The notes: generated by a model from the sequence alone, not told the origin. A stretch of DNA of 32,000 nucleotides from Mycolicibacterium smegmatis (GCF_001457595.1 NZ_LN831039.1:3900001-3932000); one strand, 5' to 3'; positions 9,040 to 28,309 are shown, counted from the stretch's first letter. Made by a program: numbers and translations.

Positions 9040-12036
9040 CTATTGCGTCGGAACCGCCGCGTCGTCGGTGTCGTCCCCGGCCAGCTCGGTGCGCACGGCC
9101 TGGGTCAACCTCTTGTACGTCCCTGTATCGGCGTCGAAGTACCAAGAGTTACGCCGGTGCGGTTTCGGGATGCCTGCCGCGCGCAGCGGAGCCACGAGGG
9201 GCCGGTACGTGGCACTGAGTTCCATGTCGGGAACGACGTGGACGAAATCGGGCGGATTGCCGACCGGCAGGTCCGTCAGCGCCACGGTCAGATCGGCCGT
9301 CGGGATGCTGCCGCCCGGCCGCAGTGCGAGCGCCGTGACGGCCACCTCACGGTCCCCCAGATCCACGCCGTAGGTGACCGCCATGTCGACGGCGTTGAGG
9401 CGTCCTGCGGCGTCGCTGATGGTCGTGGCGAACACCGGTCCGCGTTCGGTGCGGATCACCGCACTGCGGTTGTCCACCTGCCAGTAGTCGCCGTCCTCGT
9501 CGCGGCGGAACAGATATTCCGTCGACACCCAGGTGTCGGCCGGCGCGAACACGCCGCGCTTGACCACCGCGGTCGGGTCGACCGGGCCACGCGGACGCGC
9601 CAGCAGCACCCCGACCTCGTCGGCCTCGGCCCGGCGGACGAAGCCCTGCTCGTCTTCCAGGATGAGGTCGTCGTCGGGGTCGTAGGCCGCCAGTTCGATC
9701 TGTCCGCCGCCCGGCAGCGGGCGTCCCTTGCTCCCGACCTTGTGGCCGGACACGTTGGCCAGCACCGCCTGCCCGTCGGTGGTCGCGAAGAATTCGACCA
9801 CCTGCGCCGGTTCGAAGACCTCGGTCACACGTTTCCACAGCCCGGCGGGCATGCCCGAGCCGATGAACACCCGGACGGAGTGGCTTCCTTTGAGGGTGAA
9901 CGACGGATCGTCGATCACCTCACGCAGCATCGCCCACGTGTAGGACACCACGGTGACGCCGTACTGGCGGATCTCCTGCAGGAACCGGTTGGGCTGCAAT
10001 CCCCGGGACAGTGCGATGCGCGAGCCGCCGACCACGGCGCCGCCCAGGCTCACCAGCAGACCGGACTGGTGGTGCAACGGGGTGAGGCAGTACACGGTGT
10101 CCGCCCTGCCCAGATTGGCGGCCGAGGCGGTGCCGAACGCCGACAGCGCCCAGCGGTAGTTGGTGATCTGGCGAGGGATCAGTTCGCCGCCGATCGTGCT
10201 GAAACCGACGAACGCGAGGTCGCGCGCCAGACCCGGGTTGGGGCGGTACCACCCGGGCAGTTCCACGCTGTCGGGATCGATCTGTTCCATGTCGGTGACG
10301 TCGGCACCGTCGGGCAGGTTGAGGTTGCGATCCTCGCCGCCGCCGAGCACCAGCACCCGCACGTCGAGGGCGAGCGCGGCCTCCAGATGGGTGGGATCGG
10401 CGATGATCTCCGACACGCCGCCCAGGCGGATCGCCTCCGCCAGGTCGACGTCGGGCGGGATCAGCACGGCCACCGCGCCGAGGCGGGACAGCGCCGCGAT
10501 CGCCACCAGCGCACTGGGGCGCGTCTCCATCAGGACGCCGACGTGCGCACCCTGTCGCACCCCCACGTCGATCAGGCCGCGCACCACGTTGTTGATGCGA
10601 CGATCCACGGCCTCGTACGTGTGGACCCGGCCGTCGAACAACAACGCCTCGCCGCTGGGGGCGTTGCGGGCCTGCTCACTCATGATGCGGCCCAGCGAGA
10701 TCCGGGTGTGGTCGTTGACCTGACCGAGGCGCGCCAGCCTGGGCAGCGTCCGGGCGGTCTCGACGACGAGGGTTCGAGCCGACTTGTTGGCGGCCACCAG
10801 TGCGTCGGCCGCGTTGCGGGCCACCTCAAAGGCCACCTCCGTCGCGGCGTTGGCGCCGTGGGTGATGCGCGACGAGATCGAGACGCCGCCCTCGTGCTGG
10901 TCGGGCGGCTGCGTCGCCATCGGGACCACGCCCTCGGGCATCGGCTCGCCGATCTCGAGGCTCTTCACCCACTGCGCGACGGTCGGCCACGTCTGCTCGG
11001 AGGCCTTGGATCCCACGACGAGGCCGAAATGCCCTGCCCTGATGAGGTATTCGTACACGTCGGCCTGTGGGGCGGCGCGCTTGATGCCGCGGACCGAGGC
11101 GGGCTGGCCGATGTCGTCGACCTCGCCCACGACGGCCAGGATCGGGCAGTTGATGTCGGAGAGCGTCACCAGGTCGCCGTGGATCGAGAAGCCACCGGTG
11201 ATCATCCGGTTGTGCGCGATGAACTGCTTGAGCAGTTCCGAGATCGCCGGACCGGACCACGCGATCCAGCCCTCGGACGCCAGGAAGCGGCGCTGCTGCT
11301 CGCGCGGCAGCAGGGCCTCGCGGTCGTGCAACTGGCGCAGGAAGTCGATGCGTGACTGCGCGGTCTTGATCGGGTCGAGCATCTGGAAGCCCGTGCGCGC
11401 GAGCCACCCGGGGATGTCGATCCGGCTGAAGACGTGATCGGCCATGAAGTCCGCCGCGGCGGGCGCGATGCTCGACGGCAGGTTCATCGGCAGCGCCGCC
11501 AGCGTGTCCACGGGCGAACCGAACGCGATGATGCTCGCCAGGTCTTTCGAGCGGCGGTAGGCCGCGGCCTGATAGGCGAACATGCCGCCCTGCGAATAGC
11601 CCGCCAGGTGCACGTCGCGCCCGGTGACCTCACGGACGGTGTCGATGGCCTCGCTCAGCGCGACGACGTGATCGGCGAGGGTGCGCTCCATGCCGCCCTC
11701 GACCTTGTCGGGTTCGCCGAAATCGATGACCCACGGATCGATCCCCGCGCGGTGCAGGATGCCGACCGCCCCGGATTCACGCGTGACGTCCCACATGTCG
11801 GCGGACATCATCATGGGGTGCACCATCAGCACCGGCGGGCCGACAATCTGCGCGCCGGGACGCGCGTCGGGCGGAAAATACCGGCGCAGCTTGAACATCG
11901 GCACGCTCTGGATGATCTGGAACGGCGACGGCACCGCGCCGGTCTCCAGCCCGCCGTAGCGCAGCACCTCGAGACCGTTCTGCGCCGTCGCCAGTAACCG
12001 CTCGATGGGCTTGGTCACTGCCGAGAAATCCACCAA
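9040..12036 (-). CDS. Rv1683-like bifunctional lipase (alpha/beta hydrolase) / acyl-CoA synthetase-like fusion protein (start TTG 12036 or GTG 12033)
   Basis: 998 aa; N-terminal hydrolase with GYSQGG nucleophile motif (VHLAGYSQGGMFAYQ); C-terminal half has adenylate-forming-enzyme architecture; SD GGGGAG upstream. Confidence 0.9.
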   Translation of the reverse strand: MVDFSAVTKPIERLLATAQNGLEVLRYGGLETGAVPSPFQIIQSVPMFKLRRYFPPDARPGAQIVGPPVLMVHPMMMSADMWDVTRESGAVGILHRAGIDPWVIDFGEPDKVEGGMERTLADHVVALSEAIDTVREVTGRDVHLAGYSQGGMFAYQAAAYRRSKDLASIIAFGSPVDTLAALPMNLPSSIAPAAADFMADHVFSRIDIPGWLARTGFQMLDPIKTAQSRIDFLRQLHDREALLPREQQRRFLASEGWIAWSGPAISELLKQFIAHNRMITGGFSIHGDLVTLSDINCPILAVVGEVDDIGQPASVRGIKRAAPQADVYEYLIRAGHFGLVVGSKASEQTWPTVAQWVKSLEIGEPMPEGVVPMATQPPDQHEGGVSISSRITHGANAATEVAFEVARNAADALVAANKSARTLVVETARTLPRLARLGQVNDHTRISLGRIMSEQARNAPSGEALLFDGRVHTYEAVDRRINNVVRGLIDVGVRQGAHVGVLMETRPSALVAIAALSRLGAVAVLIPPDVDLAEAIRLGGVSEIIADPTHLEAALALDVRVLVLGGGEDRNLNLPDGADVTDMEQIDPDSVELPGWYRPNPGLARDLAFVGFSTIGGELIPRQITNYRWALSAFGTASAANLGRADTVYCLTPLHHQSGLLVSLGGAVVGGSRIALSRGLQPNRFLQEIRQYGVTVVSYTWAMLREVIDDPSFTLKGSHSVRVFIGSGMPAGLWKRVTEVFEPAQVVEFFATTDGQAVLANVSGHKVGSKGRPLPGGGQIELAAYDPDDDLILEDEQGFVRRAEADEVGVLLARPRGPVDPTAVVKRGVFAPADTWVSTEYLFRRDEDGDYWQVDNRSAVIRTERGPVFATTISDAAGRLNAVDMAVTYGVDLGDREVAVTALALRPGGSIPTADLTVALTDLPVGNPPDFVHVVPDMELSATYRPLVAPLRAAGIPKPHRRNSWYFDADTGTYKRLTQAVRTELAGDDTDDAAVPTQ

Positions 12037-12262
12037 AGTTTGCTCCCCACATCACGGCCCGAATCCCCGATCGACGAGGCCATGATGGCACAACCATCGT
12101 CGCTGCTTCCGGTAATGGATCCAGCACACCGGTGTGACGTACCGCAACAGCGACGGTGCCGGACAAAGTCGGGTGGCCCATCTGCCGTTTGCCGCTACCC
12201 GGAATCGTCACGTGCCGACAGTGAGCGCCCGACCGGTGGGGCGAGGGGCCCGCGCCGGACGA

Positions 12263-12268
12263 TAGGGT
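12263..12268 (+). promoter_or_regulatory. Candidate -10 (TAGGGT) for the ABC-F gene, near-leaderless
   Basis: TANNNT hexamer ending 10 nt before ATG 12278; no -35 recognised. Confidence 0.3.
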
Positions 12269-12277
12269 CGTCTGGCC

Positions 12278-14050
12278 ATGGCACACCTGCTCGGGGGCGA
12301 AGCCCTACACCTGGAATACCCCACCGGGGTCGTCCTGGATTCGGTCACCGTCGGCGTCAGTGAAGGCGATCGGATCGGCATCGTGGGCCGCAACGGCGAC
12401 GGCAAATCGACGCTGATGGGCCTGCTGACGGGACGCATCACGCCGCATTCGGGACGGGTCACCCGCCGCGGCGGCCTTCGCGTCGGCGCCCTGGATCAGA
12501 CCGACACCCTGCAGCCCGACCGCACCGTCGTGTGGTCACTCGTCGGGGACCGGCCCGAACACGAGTGGGCCGGCGACGCCAAGGTGCGCGACGTGATGTC
12601 CGGGCTGGTCGCCGACATCGCGTTCGACGCGACCATCTCGACCCTCTCCGGCGGGCAGCGCCGGCGCGTACAGCTGGCCGCGCTGCTGATCGGCGACTGG
12701 GACGTCATCGCCCTCGACGAGCCCACCAACCACCTCGACATCCAGGGCATCACCTGGCTGACCGAGCATCTCAAGCAGCGCTGGGCCCGCGGGGCCGGCG
12801 GGCTGCTGCTGATCACGCACGACCGCTGGTTCCTCGACGAGGTCGCGACCACGACGTGGGAAGTACACGACCGGATCGTCGAACCGTTCGAAGGCGGCTA
12901 CGCCGCGTACGTGCTGCAGCGCGTCGAACGTGACCGCCAGGCCGCGGCCGCAGAGGCCAAGCGGCAGAACCTGTTACGCAAGGAACTGGCGTGGCTGCGC
13001 CGAGGCGCGCCCGCGCGCACGTCGAAGCCGAAGTTCCGCATCGACGCCGCAAACGCGCTGATCTCCGACGTCCCTCCGCTGCGCAACAGCGTCGAGCTGT
13101 CCCGCGCCGCGATGGCCCGACTGGGCAAGGACGTCATCGACCTGCTCGACGTCTCGGTGACCTACGACGGGCGTGAAGTGCTGCGTGACATCGAATGGCG
13201 CATCGCACCCGGCGAGCGGACCGGCATCCTCGGCGCCAACGGTGCGGGCAAGTCGACCCTGCTGGGTCTGATCTCGGGCACCGTGGCCCCGACGACGGGC
13301 CGGGTCAAGCGCGGCAAGACCGTGAAACTGGCGATCCTGGACCAGCAGTCCAGTGAGCTGCAGGCCGTCGAGGGTGACATGGTGCGTGAGGTGGTCGGTC
13401 GCCTGCAGACCACCTACCAGATCGACGGCAAGGACTACACGCCCGCGCAGTTGCTGGAGCGTCTGGGCTTCGCGCGTGATCAGCTGTCTACACGCGTCGG
13501 CGAACTGTCCGGCGGCCAGCGCCGCCGTCTGCAGCTGATGCTCGTGCTGCTGTCCGAGCCCAACGTGCTGGTGCTCGACGAGCCCACCAACGACGTCGAC
13601 ACCGACATGCTGACCGCGACCGAGGATCTGCTGGATTCCTGGCCCGGCACACTGATCGTGGTGTCCCACGACCGGTACCTGCTCGAGCGGGTCACCGATC
13701 AGCAGTACGCGATCCTCGACGGCCGGCTGCGTCACCTTCCCGGCGGCGTCGACGAATACCTCAAGCTCGCCGCGCAACGCGCCGACCGTCCCGCCCCGCG
13801 CCCGGAAGCCGCACCCGCCGAAGGGCTTTCCGGTGCCGAGCTGCGCAACATCGAGAAAGAGATCGCCTCGATCGACCGGTCACTGGCCAAGTTCTCCGAC
13901 CGGATCGCGGCCAAACACGAAGAACTCGCCGCCCACGACCAGTCCGATCACGTGGGTCTCGGCAAGCTCACCGCGGAACTGCGCGAGTTGGAGAATCAGG
14001 TCGCCGAGCTCGAGGCGCGGTGGATGGAGCTGTCCGAGAAGCTCGAGTAG
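12278..14050 (+). CDS. ABC-F family ATPase (Uup-like)
   Basis: 590 aa; two Walker A (GRNGDGKST, GANGAGKST), two signatures (LSGGQRRRVQL, LSGGQRRRLQL), linker and C-terminal coiled coil. Confidence 0.93.
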   Translation: MAHLLGGEALHLEYPTGVVLDSVTVGVSEGDRIGIVGRNGDGKSTLMGLLTGRITPHSGRVTRRGGLRVGALDQTDTLQPDRTVVWSLVGDRPEHEWAGDAKVRDVMSGLVADIAFDATISTLSGGQRRRVQLAALLIGDWDVIALDEPTNHLDIQGITWLTEHLKQRWARGAGGLLLITHDRWFLDEVATTTWEVHDRIVEPFEGGYAAYVLQRVERDRQAAAAEAKRQNLLRKELAWLRRGAPARTSKPKFRIDAANALISDVPPLRNSVELSRAAMARLGKDVIDLLDVSVTYDGREVLRDIEWRIAPGERTGILGANGAGKSTLLGLISGTVAPTTGRVKRGKTVKLAILDQQSSELQAVEGDMVREVVGRLQTTYQIDGKDYTPAQLLERLGFARDQLSTRVGELSGGQRRRLQLMLVLLSEPNVLVLDEPTNDVDTDMLTATEDLLDSWPGTLIVVSHDRYLLERVTDQQYAILDGRLRHLPGGVDEYLKLAAQRADRPAPRPEAAPAEGLSGAELRNIEKEIASIDRSLAKFSDRIAAKHEELAAHDQSDHVGLGKLTAELRELENQVAELEARWMELSEKLE

Positions 14051-14081
14051 TCGGGCTGATTCGGTGGCCGGTGCGGGCCCT

Positions 14082-14145
14082 GCGCCGAGATTGCATCGAG
14101 GGACAAAACCGTCGCGATTTCTGTCCCTGGCTTCAATCTCGGCGC
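14082..14145. terminator. Large nested inverted repeat in a convergent intergenic gap, candidate bidirectional terminator
   Basis: gcgccgagattg (14082-14093) / caatctcggcgc (14134-14145) perfect 12-bp arms, inner agggaca (14099-14105) / tgtccct (14122-14128). Confidence 0.55.
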
Positions 14146-14162
14146 GACGCCCGCGGGGGCGG

Positions 14163-16864
<2,702 letters not shown>

Positions 16865-16889
16865 GTGAGCAATCTCCTTTATTCCAGCT

Positions 16890-17366
16890 CTAATTCAAGT
16901 TTTCGAGGGTGCCGGCGAGCTCGGCACCGGTCATGGGCTCGCGCGCCACCACCAGGATGGTGTCGTCTCCGGCGACGGTGCCGACCACATAGGGCAGCGC
17001 GGCACGGTCGATGGCGGCAGCCAAGTAATGCGCAGCCCCGGGCGGGGTACGCAGCACGGCAAGGTTAGCGCTGGCATCGGTGGACACCAGCAACTCCCCC
17101 AGCAACCGGGCCAGCCGCTCGGTGCCGCCCGAGACGCCCCGCACCGGGCTGCCGTCCTCGGGCACGACGTAGACGCCGACGCCACCGTCGGCGCCGCGCA
17201 GTTTCACCGCACCGAGCTCTTCCAGATCACGCGACAGCGTGGCCTGGGTGACGTCGATACCTTCGGCGGCCAGCATCGCGGCCAGCTCGCCCTGGCTGCG
17301 CACCGAGTTCGACGACAGCAACGCGACAATGCGCGCCTGCCTGGCGGCTCGGGTCGACGCGGTCAC
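16890..17366 (-). CDS. argR: Arginine repressor
   Basis: [55 protein letters not shown]; GTG start at 17366 preferred over the longer track ORF. Confidence 0.95.
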   Translation of the reverse strand: MTASTRAARQARIVALLSSNSVRSQGELAAMLAAEGIDVTQATLSRDLEELGAVKLRGADGGVGVYVVPEDGSPVRGVSGGTERLARLLGELLVSTDASANLAVLRTPPGAAHYLAAAIDRAALPYVVGTVAGDDTILVVAREPMTGAELAGTLENLN

Positions 17367-17370
17367 GGGC

Positions 17371-19459
<2,089 letters not shown>

Positions 19460-19463
<4 letters not shown>

Positions 19464-20337
19464 TGGGCCACCACCTTGGTCCCGGTCCCTTCGTCGGTGA
19501 AAAGCTCGACCAGCACGCAATGTTCGACACGGCCGTCGATCACGTGTGCGCTGGGCACGCCGCCGTTGACGGCGCGCAGGCACGCCTCGATCTTGGGCAC
19601 CATGCCCGATTCGAGCTTCGGCAGCAGCTGTGTCAGTGCGCCCGTGTCGATCTCGCTGACCAGCGAGGTGCGGTCGGGCCAGTCGGTGTAGAGACCTTCG
19701 ACATCGGTGAGCATCACGAGCTTCTCGGCGCCGAGCGCCTCGGCCAACGCGGCCGCGGCCGTGTCGGCGTTGATGTTGTGCACCACACCGTCGGCGTCGG
19801 GGGCGATGGTCGACACCACCGGGATCCTGCCTGCGGCAATGAGATCCAGCAGCGAACCCGCGTTGACGTGTTCGACGTCGCCGACCAGGCCGATGTCGGT
19901 GGCCACGCCGTCCACGGTCACGTTGCGCCGCACGGCGGTGAACAGCTGCGCGTCCTCACCGGTGACACCGACCGCGTACGGCCCGTGCGCGTTGATGAGG
20001 TTGACCAGCTCGCGCCCCACCTGACCGAACAGCACCATGCGGGCGACGTCGAGCACCTCGGGCGTGGTGACGCGGAAGCCACCTTTGAAATCGCCTTCGA
20101 TGCCGAGCCGTTTCAGCATCGCGCTGATCTGCGGGCCGCCGCCGTGCACCACCACGGGGTGGATGCCGCAGTTGCGCAGGAACACCATGTCCGCGGCGAA
20201 CGCGGCCTTGAGCACATCGTCGGTCATGGCGTTGCCGCCGTATTTGACCACCACGATCTTGGCGTGCAGTTGCTTGAGCCACGGCAACGCCGAGGCCAGG
20301 ACGTCGGCCTTGAACCCTCGGTCGATGGACGGGGTGC

Positions 20338-20341
<4 letters not shown>
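19460..20341 (-). CDS. argB: Acetylglutamate kinase
   Basis: 293 aa; [25 protein letters not shown]. Confidence 0.98.
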
Positions 20342-22609
<2,268 letters not shown>

Positions 22610-22624
22610 AATTCATTAAGCGGC

Positions 22625-22691
22625 GCCCGTCACCCTGCACCGCGACCCTGCGTGGGTGAGTGCCCGTCACCCTGCACCGCGACCGTGCGTG
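22625..22691 (+). repeat. Tandem direct repeat, two 30-bp copies at period 37 (one mismatch)
   Basis: gcccgtcaccctgcaccgcgacc[c/g]tgcgtg at 22625-22654 and 22662-22691. Confidence 0.95.
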
Positions 22692-22745
22692 TCTGTCGCC
22701 CAACACGCCGCCATCTACCGGCGCTGCGCGCACGCTCGCGACCAT

Positions 22746-22804
22746 CGAGCGTGCGCCGCCTGCTGCCCCTGCGCGGCGTGTCGCGAAGCTGACACGCACG
22801 CTCG
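22746..22804. repeat. 59-nt palindromic element, copy B (pheT-argC gap)
   Basis: cgagcgtgcg...cgcacgctcg, 59 nt like 15591-15649; 20-nt segment gacacgcacgctcgcggtgc (22791-22810) is identical to 15636-15655. Confidence 0.85.
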
Positions 22805-22863
22805 CGGTGCCAGGTAACAAACCCCAGAGACCCCTAGCGCGCGGCGAGCGCGGCGCGGAAAGG

Positions 22864-25361
22864 TCAGCCGCGGAGGACTGCGCCGACGCGCTCGGAGGCG
22901 GCGGCGACGGCCGCGTCGCGCGCGGCGCTGGCCTCGTCCTCGGTGAGGGTGCGGTCGGTGGCGCGGAAGCGCAGCGCGAGGGTGAGCGACTTGCGGCCCT
23001 CCCCGATCTGCGGACCGGTGTAGACGTCGAACAACCGGACGTCTTCGAGGAGCTCGCCCGCCCCGTCGCGGACCGCGGCAACCACGTCGGCCGCCGCTAC
23101 GTCGTCGTCGACGATGACGCTGATGTCCTGGAACACCGCGGGGAACGGCGACACCTGCGGCGCGGGCAGGATCTCGACGATCGGCACGGCGTCGAGATCG
23201 AGTTCGACCGCACACGTGCGCTTCGGTAGACCGGAACGCTCGATCACCGCGGGGTGCAGTTCGCCGGCGTGGCCGACGACGGTGTCGCCGATCAGGATCG
23301 CGGCGCAGCGACCGGGATGCCACGGAAGTTCCTGCGCGGCACGGAACGTGAACTCCACACCCGCGGCACGCCCGATCACGCGTACAGCTTCGAACGCGTC
23401 GGCGGCTTCGGTGGGCCGGCCGGGTCCCCACGGGCCGGCAGGCTCACGCAGCCCCGCGAGCACGGCCGCGACATGCTGCGGCTGCCTCGGCAGCGACGCG
23501 TCGAGCGCGGCGATCTCCTCATCGGTCGGCCTGCGGTCGGTGGGAACGCGCTCGACCGCCTTGGTCGCATCGGTGGGCTGCACCACCTGCTGGATGCCGA
23601 ACAGCGCGACATCGGCGGCGCCGCGAGAGACGTTGCGGCTCAACGCCTCCAGCAGACCCGGCAGCAGCGTGGTGGCCAGGTGCGGACGGTCGGACTCCAG
23701 CGGGTTGAGCACCTGGGTGGTGCGCCTGCGCTGATCGTCGGCGGGCAGACCCCACAGGTCGAACACGCCCGCGGGCACGAACGGCGTCGGCAGGATCTCC
23801 ACGAAACCGGCGAGCGCCAGCGACTTTCCGATCGCGCGGCGGCGCTTCTGCACGGGCGTGAGGCCACGCCCGGCCGGTGCGGTGGGCAGCACCGACGGGA
23901 TGATCTCCAGACCCTCCAGTCGCAGCACCTCCTCCACCAGGTCGGCGGGCTGACGCAGGTCGGGCCGCCAACTCGGCGGGACAACGGTGAGCACCCCGGG
24001 ATCTGCCTCGGTGACGGTGGCGCCGATCTGGGTGAGCCGACGTGCCGTGGTGCCGGCCGGGTAGTCGACGCCCGCGGTGCGGTCGGGCAGGTCGGCCGCG
24101 ATGCGCACGGCCGGGCCGGACCAGTCCTCGCGGTCGCCGTCGCGCCAGTCGGTGAGCTTGGGCTGCACGGTGCCGCCGGCGATCTCGGCCAGCAAGCTCG
24201 CGCAACGATCAAGGGCGGCAACAGAAATCGCCGGGTCGACCGAACGCTCGTAGCGGCGTCCGGCCTCGCTGGCCAGGTGCAGGCGGCGCTGGGTGCGCGA
24301 CACCGCGGCCGGGTCCCACACCGCGGCCTCGAGCAACACGTCGGTGGTGGTCTCGCGCACCTCGGTGGTGCCCGCACCCATGACGCCGCCGATCGCGGCG
24401 GTCGCGACGTCGTCGACGATGAGCACGTCACCGGAGTTCAGGGTGCGTTCGACGTCGTCGAGCGTCACCACCTTCTCGCCGTCGCGTGCGAAGCGGACGT
24501 CGAACGCGCCGGTGATCAGGCTGCTGTCGTGGGCGTGCATGGGATGCCCGAATTCGAGCATCACGTAGTTGGTCACATCGACCGCGGGCGAGATGGCGCG
24601 GATACCCGACAACAGCAGGCGGCGCTGCATCCACCACGGCGACACCGCGGCCGGGTCGATACCGGTGACAGGACGCAACCCGAAGCGCTGCACGCCGGTA
24701 CCGGGTTGCACGGTCAGCGGCCAGGCTTCGCCTTCGACGGGCAGCGGCTCGACGTCGGCCAGATCGACGTAGTCCAGGTCGAAGGCGCACGCGATCTCGC
24801 GCGCCAGGCCGCGCACCGACAGGCAGTAGCCGCGGTCCGGCGTCACCGCGAGGTGGAACACCACGTCGTCGAGACCCAGCACGTCGGCCGCCGGGGCGCC
24901 CGGTTCGGCGGTGCCCGGCGGCAGCACGATGATGCCGGAATGGTCGGTGCCGAAGTTCAACTCGGCGGCCGAGCAGATCATGCCGTCCGAAAGCCTGCCG
25001 TAGGTCTTGCGCGACGAGATGGTGAAGTCGCCGGGCAGCGTGGTGCCGGGCAGGGCCACCACGACCAGGTCACCGACCGCGAAATTGCGTGCACCGCACA
25101 CGATGTCGCGGGGCGCCCCGTCGACGTTCTGGTCACCGACGTCGACCTTGCACGCCCGGATGGGCTTCTTGAACTCGGTGAGCTCTTCGATCTCGATGAC
25201 GCGGCCCACGGTCAGCGGACCGCTGACCGGGCCCGCGGTGATGATTTCCTCGACCTCGTGGCCGATGCGGATGAAGGTCTGCTCGAGCTCTTCGGGCGTG
25301 ACGTCCCAGTCCGGGGCGCCGGCACGCACGGCTTCACGCAACCAGCTGTAGGGAATACGCA

Positions 25362-25362
<1 letters not shown>
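22864..25362 (-). CDS. pheT: Phenylalanyl-tRNA synthetase beta subunit
   Basis: 832 aa; [12 protein letters not shown], tRNA-binding domain [22 protein letters not shown]-like C-terminus. Confidence 0.98.
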
Positions 25363-27219
<1,857 letters not shown>

Positions 27220-27224
27220 ATCGA

Positions 27225-28151
27225 CTATGCGTCAGGTGGTTCCTGCTCGCGCGGCCGGGCGGCTGGCAATCTGCTGGGAGTTCGGACGCGGTACATCACG
27301 AGATCCTCCGGGACGCCGTCGGGACGTGCCGAAAACAGCTGCCGCCGTTCCCGTTTGACGGTCACGCCGAGCTCGGCGAGCTCACCGTCGGCGATCCCCG
27401 CCAACGTGGCGTGCGACACCATCAGCCCGCCCTTGGCGGCGCGTTCCATCACCCGCGCGGTGATGTTGACGTCGACGCCGAGCCAGTCGGACCCGATGCG
27501 CTGCGGCCTGCCGGTGTGGATCCCGACGCGCATGCGCGGCGTGTAACCGTCGACCTCGATTCCCTTGACCGCGTCGAGTGCCACCAGCACGGCCCGCACG
27601 GCGGTCGCCGGGTCGCCGAAGACGGCCATCATGCCGTCGCCCATGCGTTTGACGATGTGACCACCGGCCTCAAGCAGGGGTGGTTCGGCGACCTGCGCGA
27701 CGCGGCGCAGCAATCGCAACGTCGCGTCGTCACCCGCGCGCAGCGACCACGATGAGAAACCGACGAGGTCGGTGAACACCAGGGTGACCTCGCGGTTGGC
27801 GGGTCTGCCGGACACGCGCTCGGTCAGCGCCTGCCACACCTGCAGCGCACCGAGGCTCACCTCGCGGGATGCGGCGTCGCGTTCCAAGAGACGGTCGGCC
27901 ACGCGCGCGGCGGCACGCGGACCGCCGTCGCCGGCCACCGAGAGCGGGTCACCGAATTCGGGATCTCCCGGCAGCGCACGGCGGAAGCGCCGCACCGCGG
28001 CGACCACGCCGGGACTGCGATTCGCGCTCTGCAGCCACCCCAACGGCCCGGGCAGACCGCCGGGTGTCCCCTGAGGTCTTTCGTGCTGCCCCTCGTGACG
28101 AGGGCCTCCCCCGTCTCGGCCGGATCGTTCGCCGAACGATTCGCCTTTCAC
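27225..28151 (-). CDS. Class III adenylate cyclase (Rv1647-like)
   Basis: REVTLVFTDLVGFSSWSLRAGDDATLRLLRRV...GGHIVKRMGDGMMAVFGDPATAV...RVGIHTGRP...DVNITARVMERA; GTG 28151 preferred, with TACTCT -10-like box (28159-28164). Confidence 0.9.
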   Translation of the reverse strand: MKGESFGERSGRDGGGPRHEGQHERPQGTPGGLPGPLGWLQSANRSPGVVAAVRRFRRALPGDPEFGDPLSVAGDGGPRAAARVADRLLERDAASREVSLGALQVWQALTERVSGRPANREVTLVFTDLVGFSSWSLRAGDDATLRLLRRVAQVAEPPLLEAGGHIVKRMGDGMMAVFGDPATAVRAVLVALDAVKGIEVDGYTPRMRVGIHTGRPQRIGSDWLGVDVNITARVMERAAKGGLMVSHATLAGIADGELAELGVTVKRERRQLFSARPDGVPEDLVMYRVRTPSRLPAARPREQEPPDA

Positions 28152-28309
28152 AGGCGCAAGAGTATGTGGCCGCAGAACCGACCGGCAATCGTGCGCGTCG
28201 AACGTTTGCCCGCATCGCCGACAGGCGCGATATCGCCGCTGGTCACGGGCATGCTGTGGCCAGATCGCCACGGCGTAACACTTGCGCGGCGAGACGTCGG
28301 GGCGTCGTA

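Noticed and set aside
9025-11355. 776-aa ORF on the plus strand
   Set aside because: Lies entirely antisense to the well-supported Rv1683-like gene; low-complexity R/H/D/V-rich translation typical of GC-rich shadow frames.
16865-16889. Possible ARG box (CTTGAATTAGAGCTGGAATAAA) between argR and argG
   Set aside because: Only half-site resemblance to the ArgR consensus and no dyad; too weak to call.
19464-19583. N-terminal extension of the ArgD track ORF
   Set aside because: Translation is Arg-rich sequence antiparallel in character and inside argB; MTLQSRW at 19463 with ATGA overlap is the better start.
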